Position numbers and translations under genes: made by a program. A DNA stretch of 64,000 nucleotides from Nitrosopumilus sp. Lineage in GTDB: Archaea; Thermoproteota; Nitrososphaeria; Nitrososphaerales; Nitrosopumilaceae. The DNA is taken from contig OZ243974.1 in assembly GCA_965214775.1 (NCBI GenBank), positions 1,376,001 to 1,440,000 on the forward strand, read 5' to 3'. This document shows, in pieces, positions 30,415-41,860 of the stretch. Position 1 is the stretch's first letter. Each line of letters starts with the position of its first letter. A model generated the notes under the pieces. It saw only the letters and a program-made list of their open reading frames with translations, was not told the DNA's origin and did not search any database.

Positions 30415-30809
30415 TGCCGGCGATCTGCAGAAAACGGCAGCAACGACTCCGGACCATCTTTCCTTACGTCTGTTGCCGGTACAGGCAACAGCAGCAAAAG
30501 AGGAAAAGCCTGAAGTTGGGCAAGGGCAAATCCGAATGAGGCCTTGCCGGTTCAGTCCGAAGAAGACCCGCGTTCTCACCACTCAGAAAATTCTACATAA
30601 TCCAAAATAGCAGAATCTGATTTGGAGAAGATCCTGCTTTCATTCCGTTATCCACGATTTTACAGAGCCCTGCAGGCCATATGGAGAATGTGACTGATGC
30701 ATTAGATGCTGCGCTCGCCAAAAAAGTGCATTCAACACTACGTATGTGTTTACAAGTCAGAAGAGAGAAAATTTAATTATATTCTGTTCCAACTTAAAGT
30801 GACAAAAAA

Positions 30810-31403
30810 ATGGCCATACTGCCTGTTAAATCACCCTCTACAACTGTGTCATCAAATCCCAAACCCCGCATAAAGCGCAACGTGCGCAAGGAACTGGTGG
30901 CCCGTTATATCGGTTTGACCGGCTTGTCAGACACCCAGAAAATTGTCAAGTTCATCAAAGATAAAACCGGCAAGTCCGTCGAGCCCCGCACCATAAAACA
31001 GGACGTGGAAAATATCCTGCTGGATGCCAAGTTGTTCCAGAGGGATCTGGCCCTCTCAACCTGGATGGCAAAGGTCCTGCAGATGTACCAAGAGATAAAC
31101 CAGGAAATAGACGAAATCCAATCCCTCAAGCAAAAGATACTGGATGCCGATCCCAATATCCCTGACGCACTAGTCAAACTGATGGAGCAGATAGAGGATC
31201 CCAAGGAGCGGCAGGCCTTAATGAAATCACTGCACCGTGCATATGGATCTGCCGAGACCCAGAAAGTCTTGGGCAAAGTAAATTATGCCTCCAAGATCCT
31301 TGACGAAAAGAGATCCTTCCTGATCAACTTGGTGACATCCGTGCCACTCTATAACCAGGCCGCATCCCTTGCAAAATACTACGAACAGCACCACAAGGAA
31401 TAA
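30810..31403 (+). CDS. HTH plus coiled-coil protein (terminase-small-subunit-like layout, tentative)
   Basis: SDTQKIVKFI...VEPRTIKQDVENI HTH followed by helical coiled coil. Confidence 0.6.
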   Translation: MAILPVKSPSTTVSSNPKPRIKRNVRKELVARYIGLTGLSDTQKIVKFIKDKTGKSVEPRTIKQDVENILLDAKLFQRDLALSTWMAKVLQMYQEINQEIDEIQSLKQKILDADPNIPDALVKLMEQIEDPKERQALMKSLHRAYGSAETQKVLGKVNYASKILDEKRSFLINLVTSVPLYNQAASLAKYYEQHHKE

Positions 31404-31498
31404 CCGTGACCAACACTGCAACTGCACCTGCAACAATCCAGACCATACTCTTCTGCGCGTTAAATTAATTAATCCCTCAAAGGACACAACCACCAGAT

Positions 31499-31837
31499 AT
31501 GTCTGAAGATATTCCAGAAGATATTCCAGATTTAGTGAAGAAATATGACAATGTTGAGGAAATCAACGAAGTTGTAGGAATCTGGGAAGTTTCGATAAAG
31601 GACTGCCCTGTAAGGCTTAAGATCAAAGTAATTAAAATACCGACTGTTCCTAATGCTCCATTTGTGGGCATGGCTAACTATGAAATTCAAAATCCTGATC
31701 AGTTTGATTCGTATTTGAGCCTACGCAATTGCAGCAGTGTTAAAGAGGCATTTGAGGATGCATTAAAGGGATTTCTGGCGTATTACAAGCCCGAATTGAG
31801 AGAGAAAACCAAGTTTGTTCCGGTCGAATATTGGTAG
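31499..31837 (+). CDS. Hypothetical protein
   Basis: 112-aa ATG ORF. Confidence 0.65.
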   Translation: MSEDIPEDIPDLVKKYDNVEEINEVVGIWEVSIKDCPVRLKIKVIKIPTVPNAPFVGMANYEIQNPDQFDSYLSLRNCSSVKEAFEDALKGFLAYYKPELREKTKFVPVEYW

Positions 31838-32621
31838 ATTCCTCGAAGGACAATATGTCAAAAGTGGGAGCGAATCTGCCAACTTGCAGACAAATAATGT
31901 TTGTTCTCCTGCATTCACATAAGATTTCTGTCTGATCCTGTTCATTCATAGGAGTACAGATTCTGTAAAAAGTGTAATAACGATCATGAACTATTGATGT
32001 TCTGGTATTTTCTTGCCCGTTTTGCAAGACATATTATGCTAAATAATCTACAAAATGCAAGCAACATGCCGTCTAAAACTTTAGGATGGAACTTCTCTTA
32101 CATACTGGATGAGAAAATTGACTGTGATGACAACCTTCAAAAAAATAGACCAGACGTTGAATTTGTCACTAAGATCGATGAAAAGAGTTCCCAACTGGCA
32201 ATAACTGGATTTGAGATAAAATCTACAGAGTCAATTCAAGACAATGCTCAACATGACGCTGACCAAAAAGCAAATGCTCTGATGTGGTTGCTGATATCTT
32301 CCTCTGGGACATATTCAACACACTCATTACGTGGATACAATGAAATTACAGAATCTGGATCTGGAAAAGTTGTAGCCTGTCTTACATCCAAATACTCTAT
32401 TAGAAATAATGCAGTACTGGGCATGTCTGATGACAAATTCCGAGCAATTCTTAATAGATCGGATCAAGACTTGGTTGAAAAAATGCAATTCGTGTCACTG
32501 GCCAGACAAGCAGAAAAAACCAGCGATTATGGATCCATAATTAAATATCTTTATCTAGCTTGTGACGAAAAGCCGCCTGAAAATCTTAAAAAATTTAAAT
32601 TTTTACGTAACGCAATTTCAC

Positions 32622-33773
32622 TGTATAGTCCAAAAAGTAGTTCACCCCTTCTCCGAGTGTGTAAAGTCGGTCAGGAGCAGATGTGCAAGCCTGACCCACA
32701 CTGGAAGTACAGGTGTGTGGGTCTGGCGACGAAAGCTCCGTAAATACGTGAGTCTTGAGCACCCAAACGGCATGAAGCTAGAGAAAAGCCAAGTACAATG
32801 GATAGTGAAAGAAAAGAAAAAGGGCGAGCTTACCAACGCCCAGATAGCCGGAACCATGGACGTGACAGTACGGTGGGTCCAGAAGCTGTGGGCCAGGCAC
32901 AAAGGCTGCCCTGCGGCAAGCGAAATATCGCATCCTGCGCCAATGGGAAGGCCCCAGAACGGTCTGCCCGGACGCAGGGAGCACTCTGCAGTCATGTCTG
33001 CCAGACATGCAGAGCACATGGGGGCTGCCGGATTGCAGCAGCGCATAGCGAATCAGACCGGAATCCATATCCCGCACGGCATCATACACAAGATACTGAG
33101 GGACGAGGAGATGGCAGAGGCGCAGCCCAGCAAGGGTACAAGGTACAGGTGGGTCCGATACGAGCGCGATCACTCAAACTCACTGTGGCATACGGACTGG
33201 AAGCAGATCCACGGCGGAATGCACGACGGCAGATGGTTCCTGTGCTACGAGGACGATGCCTCCAGGTTTGTGACCGGATATGGCATCTTTGATAATGCCA
33301 CGACCAAAAACGCCCTGGCAGTGCTTGAGACGGCAATAGAAAAGCACGGCAAGCCGGCCTCGATCATGACAGACCACGGCAGCCAGTTCTATGCCAACGA
33401 GAAAGAGACGGCAGAAAAGAGGGGCGAAGGCGAGTTTGAAAAGAAACTGACAGAACTGGGAATACGGCAGATCCTGGCAGGCGTGGGACGACCCCAGACC
33501 AACGGAAAGGTCGAGCGCCTCCACGGGGAGATCCAGCGCAAGCTGCACGAGTTCGAGGAGATCATGATGAGAAAAAGCGACCCGATAGACCTGTTCATGC
33601 AGTGGTACAATCATGACAGGCCCCACAGGTCGCTGGACTGGGACAATCAGGAGACGCCCGCACAGGCATTTCTCAGAAAGATGCCCAAGGAGGGGGAAAC
33701 CGTTATTGACGGGCAGACAGGAGAGGAGTATGATGTCAGATAAGGGGGGGCGAACTACTTTCTGGATCCCACA
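32622..33773 (+). mobile_element. IS481-family element with 15-bp TSD GTAACGCAATTTCAC
   Basis: TGT...ACA ends with imperfect TIR; TSD at 32607-32621 and 33774-33788. Confidence 0.92.
32772..33743 (+). CDS. IS481-family transposase (rve integrase core)
   Basis: WHTDW, DDASR, TDHGSQF, PQTNGKVER, YNxxRPHRSL. Confidence 0.92.
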   Translation: MKLEKSQVQWIVKEKKKGELTNAQIAGTMDVTVRWVQKLWARHKGCPAASEISHPAPMGRPQNGLPGRREHSAVMSARHAEHMGAAGLQQRIANQTGIHIPHGIIHKILRDEEMAEAQPSKGTRYRWVRYERDHSNSLWHTDWKQIHGGMHDGRWFLCYEDDASRFVTGYGIFDNATTKNALAVLETAIEKHGKPASIMTDHGSQFYANEKETAEKRGEGEFEKKLTELGIRQILAGVGRPQTNGKVERLHGEIQRKLHEFEEIMMRKSDPIDLFMQWYNHDRPHRSLDWDNQETPAQAFLRKMPKEGETVIDGQTGEEYDVR

Positions 33774-34141
33774 GTAACGCAATTTCACATAGTGGTCCAT
33801 TACATCCTCGGACAATTGAGGGCTTGAAGGAGGAATTTGGAGAAGATTATTTTAAATTGACTTCTGAAAACATATTCGATTTGAAGTCTAAACGCAATCA
33901 CGTGCATCTAAAATGTCAGACATCTGAATTCTTAAAAGCCATGCATGTGCAATTGAGGAAGGAATTGCAAGATGGTAAATAAACGCATTTTCCTAAAACG
34001 TAACGCACTAAGCTGTACATTCTGCCTGTTCTTACATCATCTAGTGCCTGAGTCTACCTAATGCGTTTGCCCCCATGTCGGCGCTCTGAAATCAACGAAA
34101 AAGCCAAAATTCAATCCAGTCTCCGACATCATAAAACTAAT

Positions 34142-35697
34142 AGACTTTATGCGTAATCGACCGTGATTAAAAATTCCGTAGGCTTTTCCAAACGCAAATG
34201 CGCTGATCGGATCAAATTACCGCATGCATCTCGTGTCATGACGCACGTAAAAGCCAGTTGCGCCAAAAGAACGTGCGCAACCATGCAGCACGGCAATGTG
34301 CCCCGCTGACAAGTCAGAAAGAATGGCGGTCCGTACCGCCGTATGTCATGTGTCTGGCAGCAGATGCAGCTGCTGCAGCAGCTGGCCGTAGTATTTTTTC
34401 CTTTTCAACATCGTCTTGAGGTTCTCAAGACCCGTGATTATCTGCATGAAATAGTTTAGATCCCCGGCAGTCCCGCCAAACGGCATGGTAAGAATGCCAT
34501 ATCTTTTGAGCCGCCCTATGTGGTGCTCCACTCTGACGCGGACCCTGCTTATCTGCTTGCGGCGCCTCTTTTGCGTTGCAGTAAGATCCCCGTCCCTGGG
34601 CTTCTTTGGGGGCTGCCTGTGTATGGCGCCCGGAAGCATCTTTTGAATGCCCTCAAATCCCAGGTCGCTGTAAATCACAAACGCCTCTTCCGGATCGTCT
34701 GCGTTTTTTGCATTCCTCATTGATCCGGTGTGCCTTCCAAAGTCCGGGCCGCCCCCTGCGTTCATCACGCCCTTGTCGTTGACGCTTCCGTCCACAGTCT
34801 TGCCGCAGTGCAGTATGAGGCCGTCCAGGTTCGAGGTAATTATCGTGTTGAACATGTGCCGCTTTTTTCTTCCCGAATATCTGGTCTTTCTTGCGGTCCT
34901 GTCCCCGGGCCTGTCTACCGGAGTCAGGGTGCCGTCAATCAGGAGCGTCTTTTTTGGGATCAGCACCTCCTCCAGCTTGCCTGCCGGGGTCTTGCAGATG
35001 ATGCTTGTTAGCTTTTCGGAGGCAGGCAGGAGCCGGCGCAGTAACACGGCACCGTACCGGAGGTACCTGGACATTGTGGACTGGTCGACGTCAAATGTCG
35101 CAGCCAGATGATGCTGCGTTGCCTTGGTCCTTATGCTCATGAGTACTGCAAGCAGCGCGTGCCTGATGTACAGCTTGCACCGGTTTCCGGCATCGCCGCC
35201 TCTTACGTCGTCCTCCCAGAACAGGGGCCTGTCCTCGTCGTCCATGACTTCTTCCGTAAAGCGCTCCAGTATGATCGTAAATGACTCCTTTGTGCATCCC
35301 GTGACGTTGCGAAGGCGCACCGGATCGCCGATTATGCCGTCTGCAACCTCGATTGCGTGCATCCGCAGAGGCGTCCCGCCGCGCACGACTCTTTTTGTCT
35401 TGTTTTCTTCGGACTGCCACAACGAGTCCTCAAACGCAAGCTGCTTCCTCATACGCTCGTTTTGCTTGGACATCTGTTTGTTTTGCTTGGATACCTGCTC
35501 GTGTTGCTCGACTAGCATCTCGTGTTGCTCGACTAGCATCTCGTGTTGCGCTTGTAACGCTTGAAATGCTTGGAGAGTCTTGTCATTTGAGCCCATACAG
35601 TTAGGGAATCATACAGATCTTTAGGGTTGTTGGTGTGCAAATAATGATCTATTGTGTCGTATTTTTAGATCAGATGGGCCGATTACGCATAAAGTCT
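34142..35697 (-). mobile_element. IS5-family (ISL2/PIF-like) element, TIR AGACTTTATGCGTAATCG, 3-bp TSD AAT
   Basis: Perfect 18-bp TIR; AAT flanks both ends. Confidence 0.9.
34346..35596 (-). CDS. DDE_Tnp_4-type transposase with N-terminal heptad repeats
   Basis: IDGT...YSGRKKRH...SDLGF...RVRVEHHIGRLK. Confidence 0.9.
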   Translation of the reverse strand: MGSNDKTLQAFQALQAQHEMLVEQHEMLVEQHEQVSKQNKQMSKQNERMRKQLAFEDSLWQSEENKTKRVVRGGTPLRMHAIEVADGIIGDPVRLRNVTGCTKESFTIILERFTEEVMDDEDRPLFWEDDVRGGDAGNRCKLYIRHALLAVLMSIRTKATQHHLAATFDVDQSTMSRYLRYGAVLLRRLLPASEKLTSIICKTPAGKLEEVLIPKKTLLIDGTLTPVDRPGDRTARKTRYSGRKKRHMFNTIITSNLDGLILHCGKTVDGSVNDKGVMNAGGGPDFGRHTGSMRNAKNADDPEEAFVIYSDLGFEGIQKMLPGAIHRQPPKKPRDGDLTATQKRRRKQISRVRVRVEHHIGRLKRYGILTMPFGGTAGDLNYFMQIITGLENLKTMLKRKKYYGQLLQQLHLLPDT

Positions 35698-36377
35698 AAT
35701 GCAAGAGTGTCGTCTCACCGCATACAAATCACAGATGACATCTCTGCACCATCCCTGTCACGTAAAATGCTTGAAGCATTTCGAGCATTGCAGCACCGCC
35801 CCCTTCGGCTTCCTCGTGGCAAACTCGTGGCCGCACTGGCATTTGACTATTCGCAATCCCATTGATCTCTCACCGCCCCTTTCTTCTTATCGCATACGTA
35901 TATAATAACCACAGGATCAGCTGCCATTTCATCACTCGTCACAATTGCACCAGAATGACAGTCCTTCATAATCCCTCACACCATATTACAGCATATTGTA
36001 TTATATACTTATAGCATAAGTATCCCATAACCTATTTATTATACCATACTTATGGCATAACATGAATCAGACAAACGCAATAACTGATGCACTGGACAAG
36101 ATGGTGCAGCAGATGAGACGGGACTGTGATCATTATTTTCAGGACAGAGTCACGGTTCCCGGCGTGGGCGTATGGTGCGGCAGATGCGGGGAGAGGTTTG
36201 AGAATTGAACCCCATGCAACAGCAGCTGGCAATCAAGGTCACCAAAACCCAAATCAGAAGAATAGAGGCTCAGATCAAAAAGCTGAGAAGATGCGAGCAC
36301 TACTATGCCGCAGACACACTGCAGGTGTCCCTAGCATGCCAGAAGAGCCACCTGGCAAAACTGGAGGCCGGACAGCA

Positions 36378-36851
36378 ATGAACGTAGGGCACGTCCCAAA
36401 GTCTAGGATCGGCCCATACTGGCGTGCGGACTTTGATCATTCCGGCGCGTCGGGATATGTGGCAGTTGCCCAGACCCAAAGGGGCGTGCGCCAGATGGCA
36501 ATACGAAAGATGCACAAGCTGCTAAAGGCAGGCCATAAAGTCTTCTGGGGCCCGTGCCGTGAATACAGCATCATGCAGCAGACCGACGACTATGACGGCA
36601 ACTGCGCAAAGTACATAGAGGAATGGTACGAGGTTCGCACACCTGACGGCAGGATGATAGTATCAAACCGGAGGCGCAGAAAAAATCCGGGATGCCAAGA
36701 CAACTTTGGCGAGTGCGAGATCTGCCACAAAAAGGCAATGAACACGGCAAAGGCATACAACCGATTCCACAAGCGGGATCTGACGCTCTGCAGACGCTGC
36801 ATGACTGCAAACAGGCTGGCAAACAAGATGTGCGGAGGCGTTCGACAGTAA
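36378..36851 (+). CDS. Hypothetical protein with C-terminal Zn finger
   Basis: CEICH...LCRRC; start uncertain. Confidence 0.5.
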   Translation: MNVGHVPKSRIGPYWRADFDHSGASGYVAVAQTQRGVRQMAIRKMHKLLKAGHKVFWGPCREYSIMQQTDDYDGNCAKYIEEWYEVRTPDGRMIVSNRRRRKNPGCQDNFGECEICHKKAMNTAKAYNRFHKRDLTLCRRCMTANRLANKMCGGVRQ

Positions 36852-36853
36852 TC

Positions 36854-37246
36854 ATGTCCCTGCCAGCTCAATTCAATCAGACCTGTAAGGTCTGCGGCAC
36901 TCAAATAAAGAAGGGTGACGGCATATACAAGGTAAACGGGCACTGGTGTTCCGATCCCGCATGCGGGTCTGCGGCGCAGGAAGGACCGGGGGCACGGACA
37001 GCAGAGAGGACAGATGCGCCGCAGGCAAAAACCGGCAATGACGCTGCGGTGGCAACGGCAACAACGGCAACAACAGCTGCAGGATACGCCAAGGTGCACG
37101 ACGAGGCATGGGCCTTTGCGCTGGGGCGGGCCAAAGGGGTCTGGCCCGGAAGCGATTCTGACAGTGCAAGACAGCGCAGCATCCTGGCGCAGGTCTTCTA
37201 CAAGAAATGCATGGACTGGGAGATCCACCATCATGTCCCTTTCTGA
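36854..37246 (+). CDS. Small Zn-binding mobile-element protein
   Basis: AQFNQTCKVCGTQIKKGDGI...WCSDPAC. Confidence 0.65.
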   Translation: MSLPAQFNQTCKVCGTQIKKGDGIYKVNGHWCSDPACGSAAQEGPGARTAERTDAPQAKTGNDAAVATATTATTAAGYAKVHDEAWAFALGRAKGVWPGSDSDSARQRSILAQVFYKKCMDWEIHHHVPF

Positions 37247-37348
37247 CTAGACGATACATCTTGAGGACTGCCGGCAGAACGTCACCCGTGATCTGTCATC
37301 ATCTTCGTTAATAATTCTTTTTTATGTGACTGGCACCTCATCATAATA

Positions 37349-37873
37349 TTGACTGATCTGACATACAAACAAAAAGAAAAAATCTGTAGGAAATGGTGCA
37401 GTAGGGAAAACTCCATTGAACTGATCAGTGATGATGTGATGCTGCAAAGGCTAGATGGGGAATATTTCAGCCGTTTTCAGTTTGATATTGCGTCCCGTCG
37501 CAACAGGCGTGAATATGAAAAAGACCAATTGGAAGCTAGGAAGTTGAAAAACAGCTCTACACGGCCCATTGAACTGCAAGCTATGTTGGCATCAGCCAAA
37601 CATATGGGCTTGGATCCAAGCAAGCCAGACAAAAGGGAAATTCTAGGAATGGTAAAATCCGGCACGCATCATACGAATCTTGTCACATTTCACAAAATTC
37701 TAAGCGATTGCTATCTGCTAAGCAAGGCAGAGGCCGACAAAAAATACATGATACTGACTGACAAGGTGACGTATGATCATTTTCATAAAAGATGCAAGGC
37801 AATCATGGGCGAAATTGAGCTGGTCTATCTCGATACAGATGAGCACAGACATCTGCTGGACGGCCCGGACTGA
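37349..37873 (+). CDS. Putative PD-(D/E)XK-fold nuclease-like protein
   Basis: FDIAS...GMVKS...KILSDCYLL...MILTD resembles restriction-endonuclease-like folds. Confidence 0.5.
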   Translation: MTDLTYKQKEKICRKWCSRENSIELISDDVMLQRLDGEYFSRFQFDIASRRNRREYEKDQLEARKLKNSSTRPIELQAMLASAKHMGLDPSKPDKREILGMVKSGTHHTNLVTFHKILSDCYLLSKAEADKKYMILTDKVTYDHFHKRCKAIMGEIELVYLDTDEHRHLLDGPD

Positions 37874-37901
37874 GCCTGCGATACCCGTCATAGCGTTGCC
37901 G

Positions 37902-38058
37902 GAGAGGTGATTCGAAATTAGCATATTCGGATCATGCATAAACCAACTTACATTAAATCAATCAAAATGTCTGCAAATGAAAGTTATCTGTGAAATTACT
38001 TGAGAAATGCACGGAAAAATCCTATCATTTGCAGTTTCTAATTTCGGATCACTTCTCA
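37902..38058. mobile_element. MITE, TIR GAGRTGATYCGAAATTAG; copies 43924-44066 and ~61998-62138
   Basis: Inverted termini and shared internal ttatctgtgaaattacttg. Confidence 0.75.
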
Positions 38059-40279
38059 GGAAAAATTGGACAATCCCGAACCGCCCATAAACAGTAAAAT
38101 ACATCTGAATCATTCATAGCACACATGAGACTTCTTCTGTGGGCTGTTCCGGCAGTAGCCATAACAATACTCGGACTAGCTGCAGTAACCACCACCGGGG
38201 GTGGTGGTGGTACCATTGAACAGTATGAGGCAACACCGCACAAAGTCGTAGAAGGAAAAGGCACAGCCACTACTTCCACAATGGTCGTAGTTCCCGAGAC
38301 CTACGAGGTGCGGTCGTTTACTGCTCCAGTCAAATCAGATGCTGTGCATGCCGGGCCAGGTGACGCCTTTGCACCACCACTGGACCTTCCATCTTGGGAG
38401 GCAGATGCGCAGATTCTAGACGAGATCGAGGTAAAGGAATGGAGGTTTAGTAATCACGGTGGCGTCAATTTCTGGGCCGTAGTGCCAAAATCTCCTGACG
38501 ACGACCTGTTTGGACTCGGTGAATACAAGATAGCGCGCATTGACCGGGACGACGGGACGCAGACCGTCTGGACGGCGCCGGAGGGGTGGCGATTATCTGC
38601 TGGACCTTCTCATGTAACCGGCTTTGTAGACGGATCCAAGGTCTTCTTCAGTCAGGACAACCGTATGGCATCCTTTGATCCTGCAACCGGAACCTTCACC
38701 AGCTGGCCTGATGTGGACTATCGTGTGAATCATCAACGGTATATGCCGTATGATGACGCAGTTTATGGATCTATGCCAAGTGGGTATAATCATCCACGTG
38801 TGGCGAACCCGCTTGGCAATCTTACCATCGAGAGTATCCATTATCACAACTCACAGTATTCGATCAATGTAGACGGTGCCTCCGGATATGTAACCGCCGA
38901 ACTTACGACTCCGTCAGGCCATACACTGGTAACCGATACAGGAATTGCCAGTCCTGATGGATTCTCTCAAATTTACGCTAATTTTGCTAAAGACACTTCA
39001 GATCTCGACGTGGGAACTTATGAGGTGCGGGTGACGGACTGGGCTCAGGATGTCGTGCTGCAGTTCGAGGTTGAATTGCAAGGACAAACAACCTACACAA
39101 TAGCAGATTATGACTCGCCAAACAGATCATACGTGGTCTTTATGCAGAAATTTGATCCAGATGGCAACACTGTAACGTATTACTATACGGACGAATTGCT
39201 TCACCACCCTTCACTCCAACAGGTAGGTCCTTCCGGTGCGTTTTTTGCCTCGCACTCAAACATTCTAAGATTTGTTCCTAATGACGACGGGGGCGGTGTA
39301 CTCACTCACTGGGATCTAGGTGGCGGAATCCGGGTTGGTTCGATTGCCATTCACGAAGAAAAAATTTATTTCGGCAATCATATCGGGCGCCACACGGCCA
39401 ACATTGTCGAACTTGACACCTCCACGGGCCAGGTAACCGAGATTACAGTGCCATACGCTTGTGAGATTGACATACATCCCAGAATAGCTGATAGCGCGGG
39501 AAACGTGTTTTCTAGCGGGTGTGATCGTCAGTCTCTTCACAAGTTCGTGCCGTCCACTACCACGTTTACCAAATTTAACGGAGCTCCGTCTCCTTCTCGG
39601 ATTGATTCAGACGATACGATGTACTATGCAGATCGTAGTCTGGTAGGCACGATAAAACTACTGCCAGTCGTCCCGATAAAGGCATCCATAACGACAAATT
39701 TCTATCACTACCCGGGCCACGGCACGTTTGCACGGACAGACAAATCAAACGAATTAGAATATCACGTCGTATATGACCGTAATGTTCGAGGTTTTGACTC
39801 TAACGACATTCTGGTATCGGGGCTGGGCGGTTATGTCAATTCATGGGGCAGGTCTCACGGTACTCTCTATGGATTTACTGTGCCAGTCACAAGCAACGGC
39901 ACGATAACGGTAGGGGTCGGGGAGGGCGCCGCAGCGGATCGGCGTGGCATTCCTACAGAGTCTGCAACACATGCAGCAGACATAATAACTGACCGGATCC
40001 CCCCGCGCGTACTTGACGTGACGCTGTCCAGCGACACGAGCACCGTAGTTACAGTCAGGATGTCAGAGCAGGTGGTGAATGAAGACTTGTTAGAGTATGA
40101 CGATGAAAAAGGATGGTATGCGTGGCCCGGTGGTGTAAACCTCTTCAATCACACATCCGCTGGCTGGTATATGGATCCGAGAGATGAGCTTGACCCACAA
40201 CGTGCCGAAGTCCAGTTCGGACTCGGCTCGTCGGCTCAGGGTTGTGAGGAGACCAATGAGTGCTACATCCCGTACGAGG

Positions 40280-41418
40280 GGGGTTGTTTCCTAATTCACT
40301 TCATGCTGCCTCCACCGGTATCCCGAGATTTGCGGCACACTTGAGTCTGTTTAGCACCTCAAGGTTCCACCCTATTGCCTTGCACAAACCGAACCTTCGG
40401 CGGGTAGATGCCTTTCTGAACCTGCACATCAGCCTGTGGTTCTCTGCCTCCTCTGCACCAAAGATTCCCTCTATTGTTGCGCGCATCTTGTAGGATTCCG
40501 GATCAAACATCTTGGAAGCTTCCTTTCTGTGTTTCTTTTTGGTGTGGACTGCATTGGCCCTTAGTTTGATGTTTGGTTTCATTCCAGATTCCTTGAGGAG
40601 CCTTACGTTCTCATCTGAATCGTATCCCCTGTCGGCGTTGAAGATGCCGGAGAATCCTAGTCCGATCCTCTTGATCTTCTGCAACAGTGATCTTAGGACG
40701 GTGGTGTCTGCCATTTTGTCCGAGGTAATCTGGCATGCCAGGATTACCTGCAGGCCCAGTACGGATGCCACATGCCACTTTAGGTACTGTTTGTAGGGCT
40801 TGGCCTTTCTCTTTCTTTCGGCCTTTTTTGCACCCGATTCGTGCGTAATATCGGCCTTTTTGTCCGTCTTTTTTGGCTTGAGATCCTTTCTCTTTTTGTT
40901 CTTGTCGTACCTGTCAGTAACGACGCCGGTGCTGTCGGCTGCAAGCTTGAGTGCAGACATGTCAAATCCTGCAAGGCATCTGCGTGCAGTCTCTGATATC
41001 ATCCCCTCAAGCCACTTGCCAGGAATCTTTGGCAGGAACTTGCACAGGGTGACGTGGTCTGGCACCGGTTCGTCGTTCCAGCGAGGCAGTTTTAGAAAGT
41101 GCGCAAGACACTGCGTGTCACGGTACGTCAGATCTAGGCAGACCATCAAAATGCACAGGCAGGCCAGCTTGTCACGGCTGTGGACTGTCGGCCGTCCCGG
41201 TCCGGAACTGACCTTCTTTACGGGACATGGGTTCTCCACTATCAAAGAAACTATATTGGATAGGAGAAACACCATTTCTTGGGTGTGGGCAGCATGGTAA
41301 TACTTCCAGTACCCATCGCGTCTCTTATGTTCCGTCATTAGAGAACCACGCCCGTTCTGATCAATATAGTGTAGACTCTAGAAAATTAGACTAAATTGCC
41401 GAATTAGGAAACAACCCC
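40280..41418 (-). mobile_element. IS element (IS5/IS4-like DDE), TIR GGGGTTGTTTCCTAATTC, 9-bp TSD CGTACGAGG
   Basis: Perfect 18-bp TIR; TSD at 40271-40279 and 41419-41427. Confidence 0.92.
40301..41338 (-). CDS. DDE_Tnp_1-type transposase
   Basis: PDHVTL, ADSTG, ADRGYD, YKMRATIEGIFG. Confidence 0.9.
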   Translation of the reverse strand: MTEHKRRDGYWKYYHAAHTQEMVFLLSNIVSLIVENPCPVKKVSSGPGRPTVHSRDKLACLCILMVCLDLTYRDTQCLAHFLKLPRWNDEPVPDHVTLCKFLPKIPGKWLEGMISETARRCLAGFDMSALKLAADSTGVVTDRYDKNKKRKDLKPKKTDKKADITHESGAKKAERKRKAKPYKQYLKWHVASVLGLQVILACQITSDKMADTTVLRSLLQKIKRIGLGFSGIFNADRGYDSDENVRLLKESGMKPNIKLRANAVHTKKKHRKEASKMFDPESYKMRATIEGIFGAEEAENHRLMCRFRKASTRRRFGLCKAIGWNLEVLNRLKCAANLGIPVEAA

Positions 41419-41860
41419 CGTACGAGGTGACGGTCCGTGTCACCGCCCTCCCATCAGACGGAACCGGACATGTAATCTGGGTCAACGGTGATAATACGGG
41501 CCATACCGTGACGGCAGGCGACCCGGACGTTGACGCAAGTGCAATCGGCGAGAGCTACCCGAACGGCTTTGACAGCGGTACCATATCCCCCGGAGGACAA
41601 TACGATGTTTACTTCCATCATGCCGGAACGTACCCGTACTTTTGCTCGATTCATCCGTGGATGAAAGGCATTGTGAACGCGTATCCTGAATACCTAGAGG
41701 CCAGCAAAGCGTCGATAAGCAATGACGCCATAACCATTACGTTTAACGAACAGATATCTGAATGGGCACAGTCGCCGACGATGTGGGGAGGTAGTGACCT
41801 TCAGGATCTGGCCGGACACGGTATGGGTCATCTCGAGTTTGATCTCCCGATAAACTGACG

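Larger units (their letters stand above)
32066..33982 (+). pseudogene. ApeA/MauJ-like HEPN-domain protein split by IS481
   Basis: Removing the IS and one TSD restores ...KFKFLRNAISHSGPLH...QDGK* with an RxxxxH motif. Confidence 0.8.
38125..41858 (+). pseudogene. Large exported surface protein (propeller-like, Ig-like and cupredoxin domains) interrupted by an IS
   Basis: Signal peptide; removing the IS restores GCEETNECYIPYEVTV...HTVT...FCSIHPWM. Confidence 0.85.

Noticed and set aside
24498-37873. Calling the element a provirus
   Set aside because: No capsid, portal, large terminase or packaging ATPase recognised.
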